NCBI GenBank assembly: GCA_017548545.1 | Contig: JAFYZW010000010.1 | Location: 13,168 to 77,167 of the forward strand | Origin: Bacteroidales bacterium | GTDB lineage: Bacteria > Bacteroidota > Bacteroidia > Bacteroidales > UBA3663 | Length of the DNA stretch: 64,000 nt | Reading direction: 5' to 3' | Shown here: positions 18,685 to 27,168 of the stretch, one piece after another | Numbering within the stretch: position 1 is the stretch's first letter | Layout: each line of letters opens with the position of its first letter | Translations under genes and position numbers: made by a program | The notes under the pieces: model-generated | The model's input: the letters and a program-made list of their open reading frames with translations, nothing else | What the model was told of the DNA's origin: nothing | Databases searched by the model: none

Positions 18685-19380
18685 TCACTTCTCATCCTCA
18701 TCCCATCCTATCTCCAACTGCTTCGCCTCAGGCAGCAACCTGAAGCTCATTCTGTGGTAAGGTGAAGCGCCGTAGTTGGCGATAGCTTCGCGGTGTGCCT
18801 TGGTGGGGTAGCCCTTGTTGACATTCCAGGCATAGTTCGGAAACTCCTCGTGCAGGGCGTTCATCGCGTCATCACGATAGGTCTTGGCCAAGATAGAGGC
18901 GGCGGCAATCGACATCATCGTGCCGTCGCCTTTTACGATGGTCCGATAGCTTATTTCTTCAAACGGAGAAAAACGGTTTCCATCGATGAGCAAGAACTCG
19001 GGGCGCAGCACCTCACCGCCTCGCGTCAAAATCTCTTTGCCGTCGGGTTCGGCCTCGTACAGCCCCCTGATGGCACGGTGCATCGCCTTGATGCTTGCCC
19101 ATAGGATGTTAAGATGGTCGATCTCGTGGTTATCACACACACCAACAGCCCAGGCCAATGCTTCGCGTTCGATGATGGGCCTGAGCTCATAGCGACGTTT
19201 CTCGCTGAGTTGTTTCGAATCGTTTAGGGCCGCCAGTCCGCTCTCGCCTTTGGCGATCCGCTTTTCAATGTCGAGGGGCAGGATCACAGCGGCTGCATAG
19301 ACGGGCCCCGCCAGACAGCCGCGTCCCGCTTCGTCACAGCCCGCTTCCCGACGTCCTTTTTTCAGATAGGGCCTAAGCAA
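18685..19380 (-). CDS. rnhB: ribonuclease HII
   Basis: 231 aa. [14 protein letters not shown] (DEAGRG active site) and DSKQLS motifs. Confidence 0.9.
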   Translation of the reverse strand: MLRPYLKKGRREAGCDEAGRGCLAGPVYAAAVILPLDIEKRIAKGESGLAALNDSKQLSEKRRYELRPIIEREALAWAVGVCDNHEIDHLNILWASIKAMHRAIRGLYEAEPDGKEILTRGGEVLRPEFLLIDGNRFSPFEEISYRTIVKGDGTMMSIAAASILAKTYRDDAMNALHEEFPNYAWNVNKGYPTKAHREAIANYGASPYHRMSFRLLPEAKQLEIGWDEDEK

Positions 19381-19425
19381 GGGTTAACGATTAATGGTTA
19401 ATGGTTAACGATTAATGGTTAATGG
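19381..19425. repeat. 7-nt microsatellite with 21-nt higher-order unit (GGTTAAC GATTAAT GGTTAAT) x2
   Basis: gggttaacgattaatggttaatggttaacgattaatggttaatggttac fills the whole spacer between the stop at 19426 and the rnhB start at 19380. Confidence 0.85.
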
Positions 19426-20034
19426 TTACTCCTCTTCTTCCTCTTCTTCCAGCAAGGGGAGGGGTGTCTTTAAGTCCGTTTTCGGGCGAAGGGAAGGGTC
19501 AACCTGATACTCTTCGGTTTCCTCTTCATCCAGAGGCTTGCCATATTCATCAACAAAGGCGACAAACAACGTCGAAGGGTCGTTGAGCTGCTGCTTGAAG
19601 ATAGTCTTCAGTTCCTCGACGGCAGATTCGTCAGGTATGTAATTGTAGCCGGTGCTCTCGATGAAGCCACCTTTCGAGAATGTGGCCTTGAAGTGCCAGA
19701 TCATGGAGCTCGCACCACCCTCATTGTGGTATTCTCTTGCGAATTCGTACATCCTATGTCTGGTGATGACGGTGCGCATCTTGACCATGACCATCACGTC
19801 CATGGTCACCTTGGTATATTTCTGCGCCTGCATACTCCAATAGACCGCATTGATGACATCGTTCTCGTTCGTCAACGAAAAATAGTAGAACGGATCGGGC
19901 ACATCGCCCTTTGCCGAACATTCCAGACTCATTACGTTGCCTCTGGGCAAAGTGGCTTTCTTGACTTGACCCACAGACACACCTCCCTGGCAGATAAGCA
20001 ACAGAGCGAACAAGCTAATCAGAAAGTGTTTCAT
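19426..20034 (-). CDS. hypothetical secreted protein with poly-Glu C-terminus
   Basis: 202 aa. Signal peptide MKHFLISLFALLLICQGGVSVG and a C-terminal LLEEEEEEE tail. I recognise no family. Confidence 0.6.
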   Translation of the reverse strand: MKHFLISLFALLLICQGGVSVGQVKKATLPRGNVMSLECSAKGDVPDPFYYFSLTNENDVINAVYWSMQAQKYTKVTMDVMVMVKMRTVITRHRMYEFAREYHNEGGASSMIWHFKATFSKGGFIESTGYNYIPDESAVEELKTIFKQQLNDPSTLFVAFVDEYGKPLDEEETEEYQVDPSLRPKTDLKTPLPLLEEEEEEE

Positions 20035-20080
20035 AATGCATGATATGTTTTAAGTTAGTATTGGTAGATAAATCACGCTG

Positions 20081-20088
20081 CAAAGATA
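20081..20088 (-). promoter_or_regulatory. minus-strand promoter (-7 TAtcTTTG; -33 TTTG 20 nt upstream)
   Basis: Plus strand reads CAAAGATA, 47 nt upstream of the ATG at 20034. Confidence 0.55.
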
Positions 20089-20325
20089 AGTGGTTTTCAG
20101 CATATTTCCAAATTTTTCGGACAAAAATTTACAAAACTTTTCAAAAAGAGCCAAAAGCAGAGAGGCTCCGCCTCGCAGCGAAACCTCCCTTTACCAATTT
20201 AATAAGCATTATGCAACCTAATGGTAATCTATTACACAAAAACACAATCCAATACACATTATTATTAACCCAACAACATTAACATTATGTCTTTTTTGAC
20301 ACTGCAAAGATACGTTCTTTTTGCC

Positions 20326-20370
20326 AAAGAGCGCATCTGCCGACAATATTGTCATACAAATGCGCTCTTT
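20326..20370 (-). terminator. stem-loop downstream of the DUF4886 gene (possible terminator)
   Basis: AAAGAGCGCAT / ATGCGCTCTTT perfect 11-bp inverted repeat with a nested GACAAT/ATTGTC palindrome. There is no clear U-tract on the minus strand. Confidence 0.35.
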
Positions 20371-20402
20371 TCCCTTACTATTCTCGACAAGTTTGTCACG
20401 AA

Positions 20403-21236
20403 TTACTTCGTTGAAATCTCGTCCATGATCTTATCGATTATCTTCATCGCCTTGTGGGCAGACTTGTGGATGACCTTCACATCATACCCGCTCACGTCAT
20501 CTGGCCAATAAGTGTTGTAAATAATGGACTTCTTCGTGAGGAACTCGCACCAAGTACAGGCAGCCGCAAAGCGTCCCAACGACAATGATAGGTGAATGTC
20601 GTCACGATTCATGCAGTCGCCCAGATCCTCGCGTGCCAACTGGATGGCGATACCCGAGGGGATGCTGCGTTCGATGCCCACAGTGGGGAGCACTTCCTTC
20701 GCCGTGTTCACGATGGCTTTGTACATCACTTCCTGGCTGCCTTCGTAGTTCTTGAAGGCACCGCTGCGCGACTTCTGAGGATAAGCCCAGGTCAGGTGCC
20801 ACACGATTTCGACTTTCGGGTTGGTGGCCAGTTCCTGAACCATCTGCTTCAGTTCGCCCAGGTTTTTGCACGAAGCAGGTTGTCCCGACAGAGGGCTAGC
20901 CTGTTGCAGGGTGATGATGTCCCACGGCTCGTTCACAATAATCGAGTCGAGTCGAGTTTTCTTGTGGTCGGTTTTTTTGCCGCCCACGATCTTGCGGAAG
21001 GCATAGTCAGTCTTGCCCGTCTTGAGGTTGTCGAGATGTCGGTCGATGCTGCAACCGCCGATGTAGGCATTGCCAATCACGAGCGAGTCGCCTTGTGCGG
21101 CTGCCAGTTCGTAAAGATAGTTCTCTACGGCATCCTCCGAGAAGCTGTTGCCGATGGCCAGCACCTTGATGGTTTTGGCCTGTGCGCCCGTGCCGACCAG
21201 CAGCATCAGGGCAATCATCATTTTCTTGATAAACAT
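20403..21236 (-). CDS. DUF4886 domain protein (SGNH-hydrolase-like, secreted)
   Basis: 277 aa with a signal peptide. KVLAIGNSFSEDAVENYLYELA is the DUF4886/SGNH block I signature. Confidence 0.65.
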   Translation of the reverse strand: MFIKKMMIALMLLVGTGAQAKTIKVLAIGNSFSEDAVENYLYELAAAQGDSLVIGNAYIGGCSIDRHLDNLKTGKTDYAFRKIVGGKKTDHKKTRLDSIIVNEPWDIITLQQASPLSGQPASCKNLGELKQMVQELATNPKVEIVWHLTWAYPQKSRSGAFKNYEGSQEVMYKAIVNTAKEVLPTVGIERSIPSGIAIQLAREDLGDCMNRDDIHLSLSLGRFAAACTWCEFLTKKSIIYNTYWPDDVSGYDVKVIHKSAHKAMKIIDKIMDEISTK

Positions 21237-21372
21237 GGTGTGCCTTTGTCTTGTTCTTGTAACTATTCTGTATTATGTCACGAATTAGTCACTGTGTTTG
21301 CAGCGAACAAACACAGTGACTAATAAGGGAAGATAATAATTGATTTTTATCACGAATTTTCGAATTTACGAA

Positions 21373-22467
21373 TTATCTGCGATGGCTGCCACCTCCATGA
21401 TTGCCGCCATGTGAGTTTCCGCCGCTGTGATGCGAGCTTCCGCCACCATGAGAACCGCCGCCGCTACGGGAGTGAGAGCCGCTGCTCGAACGGGGAGCGC
21501 TGGCTGCACGAGTCGAGCTGCTTGCGCCACGCTGAGTGGTGCCCTGCATACGCTCTGACCTGCCGCTCGACTGCTGGCGCATCTGACGGCCATTGTCCTG
21601 TGGACGGGCGTGCGAATTGCGGCTATTGCTGCCACCTCGATTCACGTCGCCGTTGGGACGACCATTGCCGCTGCCGCCGCCAGGGTTCATACCGTTGCCG
21701 TGGCTATTGCCGCCACCAGAATGGTTGTCGTCGCCGCGATGGTTTATACCATCGTTCGGGCGACCGTTACCGCCACCATTGGGGCGACCTGTCCCACCGC
21801 CGTTGGGACGATTGCCGCCGTCACGGTAGTGACGATTGCTGCCGCCACCAGGCATGGAATGGCTGTTGTGCGGACGAGTTGCATGATGGTGACTCGGACG
21901 GTAAGCATGAGGGCCGAAGTCGTGACGACCACCACCGCGATGGATCGGACGGTAATGGGCATAGATGTGGTGGTGATAGCGACCGCCTCCGTAGTACCCA
22001 TGGGGGAAGTAGTGGCGTCCGTGGCCTCCGAAGTAGGTGTGGTAGATGAGCGGAGGATCGTAGTAGAAGAACCTCGTGTTCGTATAGTACTGGAACACAC
22101 GGAACAGCCAGTTGCCTGCGTATGTATAGACAGGGCGGAAGAAGTAGTCGAGAGCCGAGAAGGCCAGATACTGAGCCTCGGTCATGATGTAGCGCAAGTC
22201 ATCGTTGCGGTAATCGAGATAGTTGTAGTACCGATCGATATACTCGGGCCTGCCATAGACCACTTCGTCCATGATGGGGTTGATCGAACAGATGAAATCG
22301 TAGTTGATCTCGTAGCAGTCCTCAATCTGCTGTGGAGTCAAGTTAAGCTCGTATGCCATTCTATCGGTCAAGAAACGTGCATTCTCGCGGATTTCGAGCG
22401 GGGTCAGGGCGAAGGCCTGAACCACGCCGGTGATGGCTACTGCCATGGTAACAAGTAACTTCTTCAT
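21373..22467 (-). CDS. secreted protein with a structured N-terminal domain (one LTxxQ motif) and a ~215-aa His/Gly/Arg/Asn/Ser-rich low-complexity tail
   Basis: 364 aa. Signal peptide MKKLLVTMAVAITGVVQAFA. The tail contains GGGRHDFGPHAYRPSHHH...GRPNGGGTGRPNGGGNGRPNDG...GGSHGGGSSHHSGGNSHGGNHGGGSHRR. All overlapping alternate-frame ORFs are artefacts of the low-complexity sequence. Confidence 0.65.
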   Translation of the reverse strand: MKKLLVTMAVAITGVVQAFALTPLEIRENARFLTDRMAYELNLTPQQIEDCYEINYDFICSINPIMDEVVYGRPEYIDRYYNYLDYRNDDLRYIMTEAQYLAFSALDYFFRPVYTYAGNWLFRVFQYYTNTRFFYYDPPLIYHTYFGGHGRHYFPHGYYGGGRYHHHIYAHYRPIHRGGGRHDFGPHAYRPSHHHATRPHNSHSMPGGGSNRHYRDGGNRPNGGGTGRPNGGGNGRPNDGINHRGDDNHSGGGNSHGNGMNPGGGSGNGRPNGDVNRGGSNSRNSHARPQDNGRQMRQQSSGRSERMQGTTQRGASSSTRAASAPRSSSGSHSRSGGGSHGGGSSHHSGGNSHGGNHGGGSHRR

Positions 22468-22605
22468 AGCTTCTGACGTTTTATAGGGTTTATACTAATT
22501 TCTTGCTTTTGCCTATATGACGCAACACTATTCGAAAAGTTTAAACGATTCTTGCTTTACCAGTCCTTCGAAGGTGCCATCACAGAGAATAACTAATTTA
22601 ATATG

Positions 22606-23008
22606 GAGCAAGCATTATGACGGCCGACATAATGCTTGCGCGATTTGAAAGAGCACTCTGACGGCCGACATAATGCTTGCGCAATCTGATGGAGCACTCT
22701 GACGCGCGACAAAATGCTTTCGCGATTTGATAGAGCACTCTGACGGCCGACATAATGCTTTCGCGATTTGATAGAGCATTCTGACGCGCGACATAATGCT
22801 TTCGCGATTTGATAGAGCACTCTGACGGCCGACATAATGCTTCCGCGATCTGATAGAGCACTCTTACGGCCGACATAATGCTTCCGCGATCTGATAGAGC
22901 ACTCTGACGCGCGACATAATACTTTCGCGATTTGATTGAGCACTCTGACGCGCGACATAATGCTTTCGCGATTTGATAAAGTACTCTGACGCGCGACATA
23001 ATGCTTGC
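22606..23008. repeat. 41-bp tandem repeat array, ~10 copies, bounded by a 14-bp inverted repeat
   Basis: Unit: GAGCACTCTGAC(G/C)GC(C/G)GACATAATGCTT(T/G/C)CGCGAT(T/C)TGAT(A/G). Unit starts are at 22651, 22692, 22733, 22774, 22815, 22856, 22897, 22938 and 22979. The left end GAGCAAGCATTATG is the reverse complement of the right end CATAATGCTTGCTC. Confidence 0.9.
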
Positions 23009-23146
23009 TCTGGTTTTTTAAGTAAATAATGATGAAATATGGGGAAATTGATATTTAAAGATTGCATTATATGGGTAAAAATAACTATTATTGTAGAATG
23101 TGGTGTCAAATGTCTAGGTTCTCTTGATGATATCATAAGGAATTCC

Positions 23147-23154
23147 TATCTTTG
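23147..23154 (+). promoter_or_regulatory. -7 box TAtcTTTG (LruC-like cassette 1)
   Basis: Lies 75 nt upstream of the ATG at 23229. The surrounding sequence is conserved with cassettes 2 and 3. Confidence 0.5.
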
Positions 23155-23228
23155 CAACCGATAGTCTAATTTGACCTACCATTATTTTGATTAAGTAGTA
23201 AATTTTATATAACAAATCTTAACTTAAT

Positions 23229-24983
23229 ATGAACAAAACATTATCTTTGGCAATCGCCACTTTAGGACTCCTTACCTTCGGCAGTCTCACCTCCTGCCAG
23301 GACGAGGATTTTGATGTGAGCACTGCTGTGCTCCAGGAACGAGCCTTCGAACAGAGTTTCATCAATGAATTCGGTAAACCATCAGCTAATCAGAGCTGGG
23401 ACTTTTATGCGCAAAAGATGGAGTCTATTCGTCGAGAGGCGGGCATGACTCGTGCAACGATGGCAGATCCGATAGTCGTAGAAGTAGATACAACTATCAG
23501 TCAGCCAACGGATAAGTATTTTACAGACATTGTTAATGATATCGCGTTTGCTTTGGAAGAAAAGATCAACAACTCCAATACTGGCCAGAACAATTACACG
23601 CTTACTTCTACAGGTGACTTTAAGATTTACGCTGTAAGATATGCAGGTGCCATAGAAACAGGAGCACAATACGACTTTGATTTCGGCATAGCTTATATCG
23701 ATCCAGCTGACGATCAAGAGCACAAGGTGTCGATTTTCGGACGCGGGTATAGGAATAAAGCCTATAGGGATTCATGCTATGCTCATAACAGTAATGGTTG
23801 GGGCAACCCTGGAAAAGCAGCCGATGTTAAGATCCCTAAGGGCATATCGTTTTATTTTTATTTTGATTATACCAATCCTTTTAGAAACGGCGGTCCAAGT
23901 ATTAGACAGCATTTCTATTCAAATGAATCTCCAGTGTTCGTTCGAAAGGATGGCGTATCTACCTTTACTTTCCCTGAGTTTGGTGGAACCACAACATTGC
24001 TTTACTCTACCGACCACATTGACCCTGTAACAGGCAGGGATGAACAAGTCATGATGATTGGCTTGGAAGACGCTTGGGGCCATGATAACGGCAATGATGA
24101 TGCAGAGGGTACGCAGACTGGATGGTTTGACAAGGACTTTAACGACGTTGTCGTACTCATTGAAGGTGAACTTCCTGTCCCCACCAGCAAGCGCTTCTTT
24201 ACTGAGGATAAGAAGTCGTACGACTGGGATTACAATGATGTGGTGTTCGATGTATCGAATACAGGTATTGTACTCCGTGCTGTGGGAGGTACGCTGCCTG
24301 TTTTCTTGCGTGTAAAGAATAGATTGCCAGAGAGTACTTATGAACTTGTAAGTTTAAAAGCTGATGATGGAAAGACATACGCAGAGCTTCATGAACTCAT
24401 GCGAGCAATACAGCCGCAAACGGGTAAGAGAACTTTCCCATTGACCTATCAGCGTCAAGAATTGGATGGATCGATGGGAACCTACTACAAACCCATCGAC
24501 GTGGCTGCCTATGAAGTGTCGGGCATCGAAATGATCTGGTTTGATGCAGTACAGATCGTCAGATGGATAAGTCTGGGCACTTCAACCCAAAACACTCGAC
24601 TTGAAGAAGACGAGGTGGAGCGGTTTGCCAACCCGTTGGTTTCGGATCCCGTTGGCGGTGTCGAGTTGATTGTACTCCCGGAATATAAAACAAGTTATAA
24701 TTTGACAGAGATTGCCGCACTCGATGCTTTGACTGCATTGGATGAAGACAATACTTTAAAGGGTGCCAAGATTGTCACAATGACAGAAGTCGGAGGTATT
24801 CCTGCCATGTGGTCAGGTCCTGTATCCATCAACTGGATGAAGGAGGAGAAGAAGATCACAACTGGTTATAGCAATTTCTATGGCGGAGGTACTGCCGATG
24901 ACGATGGCATTCCTCAGTGGTGGGAGAATGGATTGAATTCCGACAACTGGTATCAGTATTGGGGAGATTATGAATTACCATAA
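23229..24983 (+). CDS. LruC-domain (DUF4842)-like surface lipoprotein, paralog 1
   Basis: 584 aa. Lipobox LTSCQDED. IGLEDAWG...DKDFNDVVVLIEG and DWDYNDVVFDV motifs resemble FEDxWPxxGDYDxNDxVV. The C-terminal IPAMWSGPVSINWMKEEKKITTGYSNFYGGG...NWYQYW resembles the LruC C-terminal LPWAL...I..AY..F..W...DWY. Confidence 0.55.
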   Translation: MNKTLSLAIATLGLLTFGSLTSCQDEDFDVSTAVLQERAFEQSFINEFGKPSANQSWDFYAQKMESIRREAGMTRATMADPIVVEVDTTISQPTDKYFTDIVNDIAFALEEKINNSNTGQNNYTLTSTGDFKIYAVRYAGAIETGAQYDFDFGIAYIDPADDQEHKVSIFGRGYRNKAYRDSCYAHNSNGWGNPGKAADVKIPKGISFYFYFDYTNPFRNGGPSIRQHFYSNESPVFVRKDGVSTFTFPEFGGTTTLLYSTDHIDPVTGRDEQVMMIGLEDAWGHDNGNDDAEGTQTGWFDKDFNDVVVLIEGELPVPTSKRFFTEDKKSYDWDYNDVVFDVSNTGIVLRAVGGTLPVFLRVKNRLPESTYELVSLKADDGKTYAELHELMRAIQPQTGKRTFPLTYQRQELDGSMGTYYKPIDVAAYEVSGIEMIWFDAVQIVRWISLGTSTQNTRLEEDEVERFANPLVSDPVGGVELIVLPEYKTSYNLTEIAALDALTALDEDNTLKGAKIVTMTEVGGIPAMWSGPVSINWMKEEKKITTGYSNFYGGGTADDDGIPQWWENGLNSDNWYQYWGDYELP

Positions 24984-25020
24984 AACAACCAATGATTCAC
25001 AAATAAATCCATCAGTTCAT

Positions 25021-25054
25021 AACAACAGGCATGGCTTCGGTCATGCCTGTTGTT
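25021..25054 (+). terminator. hairpin terminator of cassette 1
   Basis: ACAACAGGCATG-gcttcggt-CATGCCTGTTGT. Confidence 0.65.
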
Positions 25055-25200
25055 ATGAGCCGTGAAACTTCAGCGCTTGAATCGGTCATAATTCTTGCGG
25101 AAAATGATAGATTTGGATAGCATTCTAATGGAAATAATACAATTATTGATGAATAGGTAATTTAATGGCTTGATTTTTTGAAGATATTGTAAGGAATTAG

Positions 25201-25208
25201 TAATTTTG
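25201..25208 (+). promoter_or_regulatory. promoter of cassette 2 (TTTG-N20-TAatTTTG)
   Basis: ttTTTGaagatattgtaaggaattagTAATTTTG. Confidence 0.55.
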
Positions 25209-25281
25209 CAACCAATATTCTATCTTGCCCTTTCACAAACTCAATAGAAAGTAATTTTATTTATAAAAAACTTAACTTAAT

Positions 25282-26856
25282 ATGAAAAAAACATTATATT
25301 TGGCAGTAACCATTTTAGGACTCCTTACCTTCGGCAGTTTTACCTCTTGCCAGGACGAGGATTTTGATGTGAGCTCAACGGTGCTCAAGGAACGTGCCTT
25401 TGAACAAGGCTTTATCAAGGAATTCGGTAAACCATCTCCTAATCAGACTTGGGACTTCTATGCCCAGAAGATGGAGAATCTTTTTGGCAGTACGACACGA
25501 GCAACGATGGCAGAAGATCCTGTATGTACGGTGACTCTTGGCGTGGAACAGAGTTATGATATTGATTTGATTCAGGATATCGTTAATACAAAACTTCCAG
25601 CAGGAAAAGATAACTCTAATCAGGGACAGAATACCTATACTTTGAGGTCGGTAGGCAAGTTCAAGATTTCTGCGGTAAACTATGGTGGTAACGTTGAGAC
25701 AGTAGATTCATGGGATTTTCACTTCGGAATCTGCTGGAGGAAAGCCAACGGAGAGAGAGATTCTGTGGAATTATTCTCGACACAAACCATTCGTCAGGAA
25801 ATGAGTTATTATACCGTTCCTAACTCTAATCCCCCACGTTATTATGGTAATCCTGAACTGGCAGCAGAAGTGGAGTTGACTTACAATACACCTTTCTCCT
25901 TCTATATGGAATATACTAGACCGGCACAGCAGGACCATTGGATTTTTTATTCCGATGAGAAGCCCGATCCCACTGGAGGTTCGATATCAAGTTCAACTGG
26001 ACAGGCAGATGGAAATAAATATGAGGGTCCGTCAACCCTTCTCTATTCCCTGGAGGATCTGACAGCAGATGGTACTCAGGAGCAGATTATCGTTCTTGGC
26101 TTTGAAGACATTTGGTTCCCAGGTGGCAGTTCAGATCGTGATTTCAATGACGTGGTTCTCTTCATTGAGGGTACACTCCCTATCGCTAGTTCGAAGCGCT
26201 TTTTCTCGGAAGACCTCGAATCGTATGACTATGACTACAATGACGTTGTTTTTGACCTTACGAGTTCGGGCATCGTCCTGCGTGCTGTCGGCGGCACACT
26301 GCCCGTGTATCTGAAGATTTTGCCTAAAGGGGGAGATCCAGAGAATGATAATGACTGGGTGACTACAGATGAACTTCATGAGGTGATGCATGAGGGCAAT
26401 GGCAATGCCAAAGCGGGACATAAGACCTTTCAGTTAGGCGACAAGACACTTTATTCGCCTATTAATGTGGGAGACACAAAAAATGGTGTCAAACTTGATG
26501 CAGTCCGAATACCTGGCATCGCATGGACAGGTGATCAATGGCTCACTGCAGATGATGTGACCAATTTTGCAAACAGTCTGTCAGGCAGTAAGGTTGGGGA
26601 TGTCAAGTTGTTGGTAGGAAATCCAGCAGAAGTGCTTGACAAGGTCGATAGTACTGACGGTATTATAGAATACCAAGCTGTGGGAGGCGTTCCTGCCATC
26701 TGGTGGGGACCTGTGGACATCAACTGGATGAAGGAAATGCAGAAGATCTCTTTGGGCTACGAGTATTTTTATGGAGGCGCACCCGAAGGTGGCAGTTATT
26801 GGTATGAAGGAGGAAAACATTCAGAATATTGGTATGCGGGCGGCGACAAGTGGTAA
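25282..26856 (+). CDS. LruC-domain-like surface lipoprotein, paralog 2
   Basis: 524 aa. Same N-terminus (LTFGSFTSCQDEDFDVS), FEDIWFPGGSSDRDFNDVVLFIEG, YDYDYNDVVFDL, and C-terminal VPAIWWGPVDINWMKEMQKISLGYEYFYGG. Confidence 0.55.
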   Translation: MKKTLYLAVTILGLLTFGSFTSCQDEDFDVSSTVLKERAFEQGFIKEFGKPSPNQTWDFYAQKMENLFGSTTRATMAEDPVCTVTLGVEQSYDIDLIQDIVNTKLPAGKDNSNQGQNTYTLRSVGKFKISAVNYGGNVETVDSWDFHFGICWRKANGERDSVELFSTQTIRQEMSYYTVPNSNPPRYYGNPELAAEVELTYNTPFSFYMEYTRPAQQDHWIFYSDEKPDPTGGSISSSTGQADGNKYEGPSTLLYSLEDLTADGTQEQIIVLGFEDIWFPGGSSDRDFNDVVLFIEGTLPIASSKRFFSEDLESYDYDYNDVVFDLTSSGIVLRAVGGTLPVYLKILPKGGDPENDNDWVTTDELHEVMHEGNGNAKAGHKTFQLGDKTLYSPINVGDTKNGVKLDAVRIPGIAWTGDQWLTADDVTNFANSLSGSKVGDVKLLVGNPAEVLDKVDSTDGIIEYQAVGGVPAIWWGPVDINWMKEMQKISLGYEYFYGGAPEGGSYWYEGGKHSEYWYAGGDKW

Positions 26857-26915
26857 TGTCGGAGTCCTCACTGTCAGGTAATAACGTTATATTATTTACG
26901 TATTTTAGTATCATT

Positions 26916-26946
26916 CAGGCATGGCTTTGGTCATGCCTGTTTTTTG
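26916..26946 (+). terminator. hairpin plus T-run terminator of cassette 2
   Basis: CAGGCATG-gctttggt-CATGCCTG followed by TTTTTT. Confidence 0.7.
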
Positions 26947-27091
26947 CTCCTGTATAACTTGACCGGTTCGATTGGTCATACATCATCCGGAAAATGATAG
27001 TTTTGGATAGCATTCATATTGGAAAAATCCAAATATTGATGAATGATGTATCAAATGACTTGATTCTTTTGAAGATGTCACAAGAAATTAG

Positions 27092-27099
27092 TACCTTTG
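27092..27099 (+). promoter_or_regulatory. promoter of cassette 3 (TTTG-N20-TAccTTTG)
   Basis: cTTTTGaagatgtcacaagaaattagTACCTTTG. Confidence 0.55.
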
Positions 27100-27168
27100 C
27101 AGCCAAAATTATTTATTGCCTATTCACTTATTTGATTAAAGTTATTATATTAAAAAATCATCACTTAT

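Noticed and set aside
20089-20402. Second candidate sRNA between the DUF4886 gene and the 19426..20034 gene: a -7-like box CAAAGATA at 20305-20312 and a GAGGUUUCGC-ugcgag-GCGGAGCCUC hairpin near 20160-20190
   Set aside because: The -33 TTTG is only 12 nt from the -7 box, which is the wrong spacing. The hairpin needs two G-U pairs and has a weak U-tract. The region may simply be the 3' UTR of the DUF4886 gene plus the promoter of the next gene. Support is too weak for a feature call.
21411-22458. Several 80-280-aa ORFs in other frames over the His/Gly-rich gene
   Set aside because: Low-complexity GC-rich DNA stays open in many frames. Only the 21373..22467 minus frame has a signal peptide and a structured N-terminal domain.
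22606-23008. Possible CRISPR array
   Set aside because: The full 41-bp period is itself the repeat. There are no unique spacers between repeats and no cas genes in the window.
22593-23136. Track ORFs 22593..22958, 22598..22999 and 22864..23136 (minus), which encode 41-aa periodic repeat proteins
   Set aside because: They are open only because the 41-nt unit lacks stops in two minus frames. A period that is not a multiple of 3 makes two overlapping frames read the same DNA. No promoter or signal features support them. I treat them as artefacts of the tandem repeat, although translation cannot be excluded without data.
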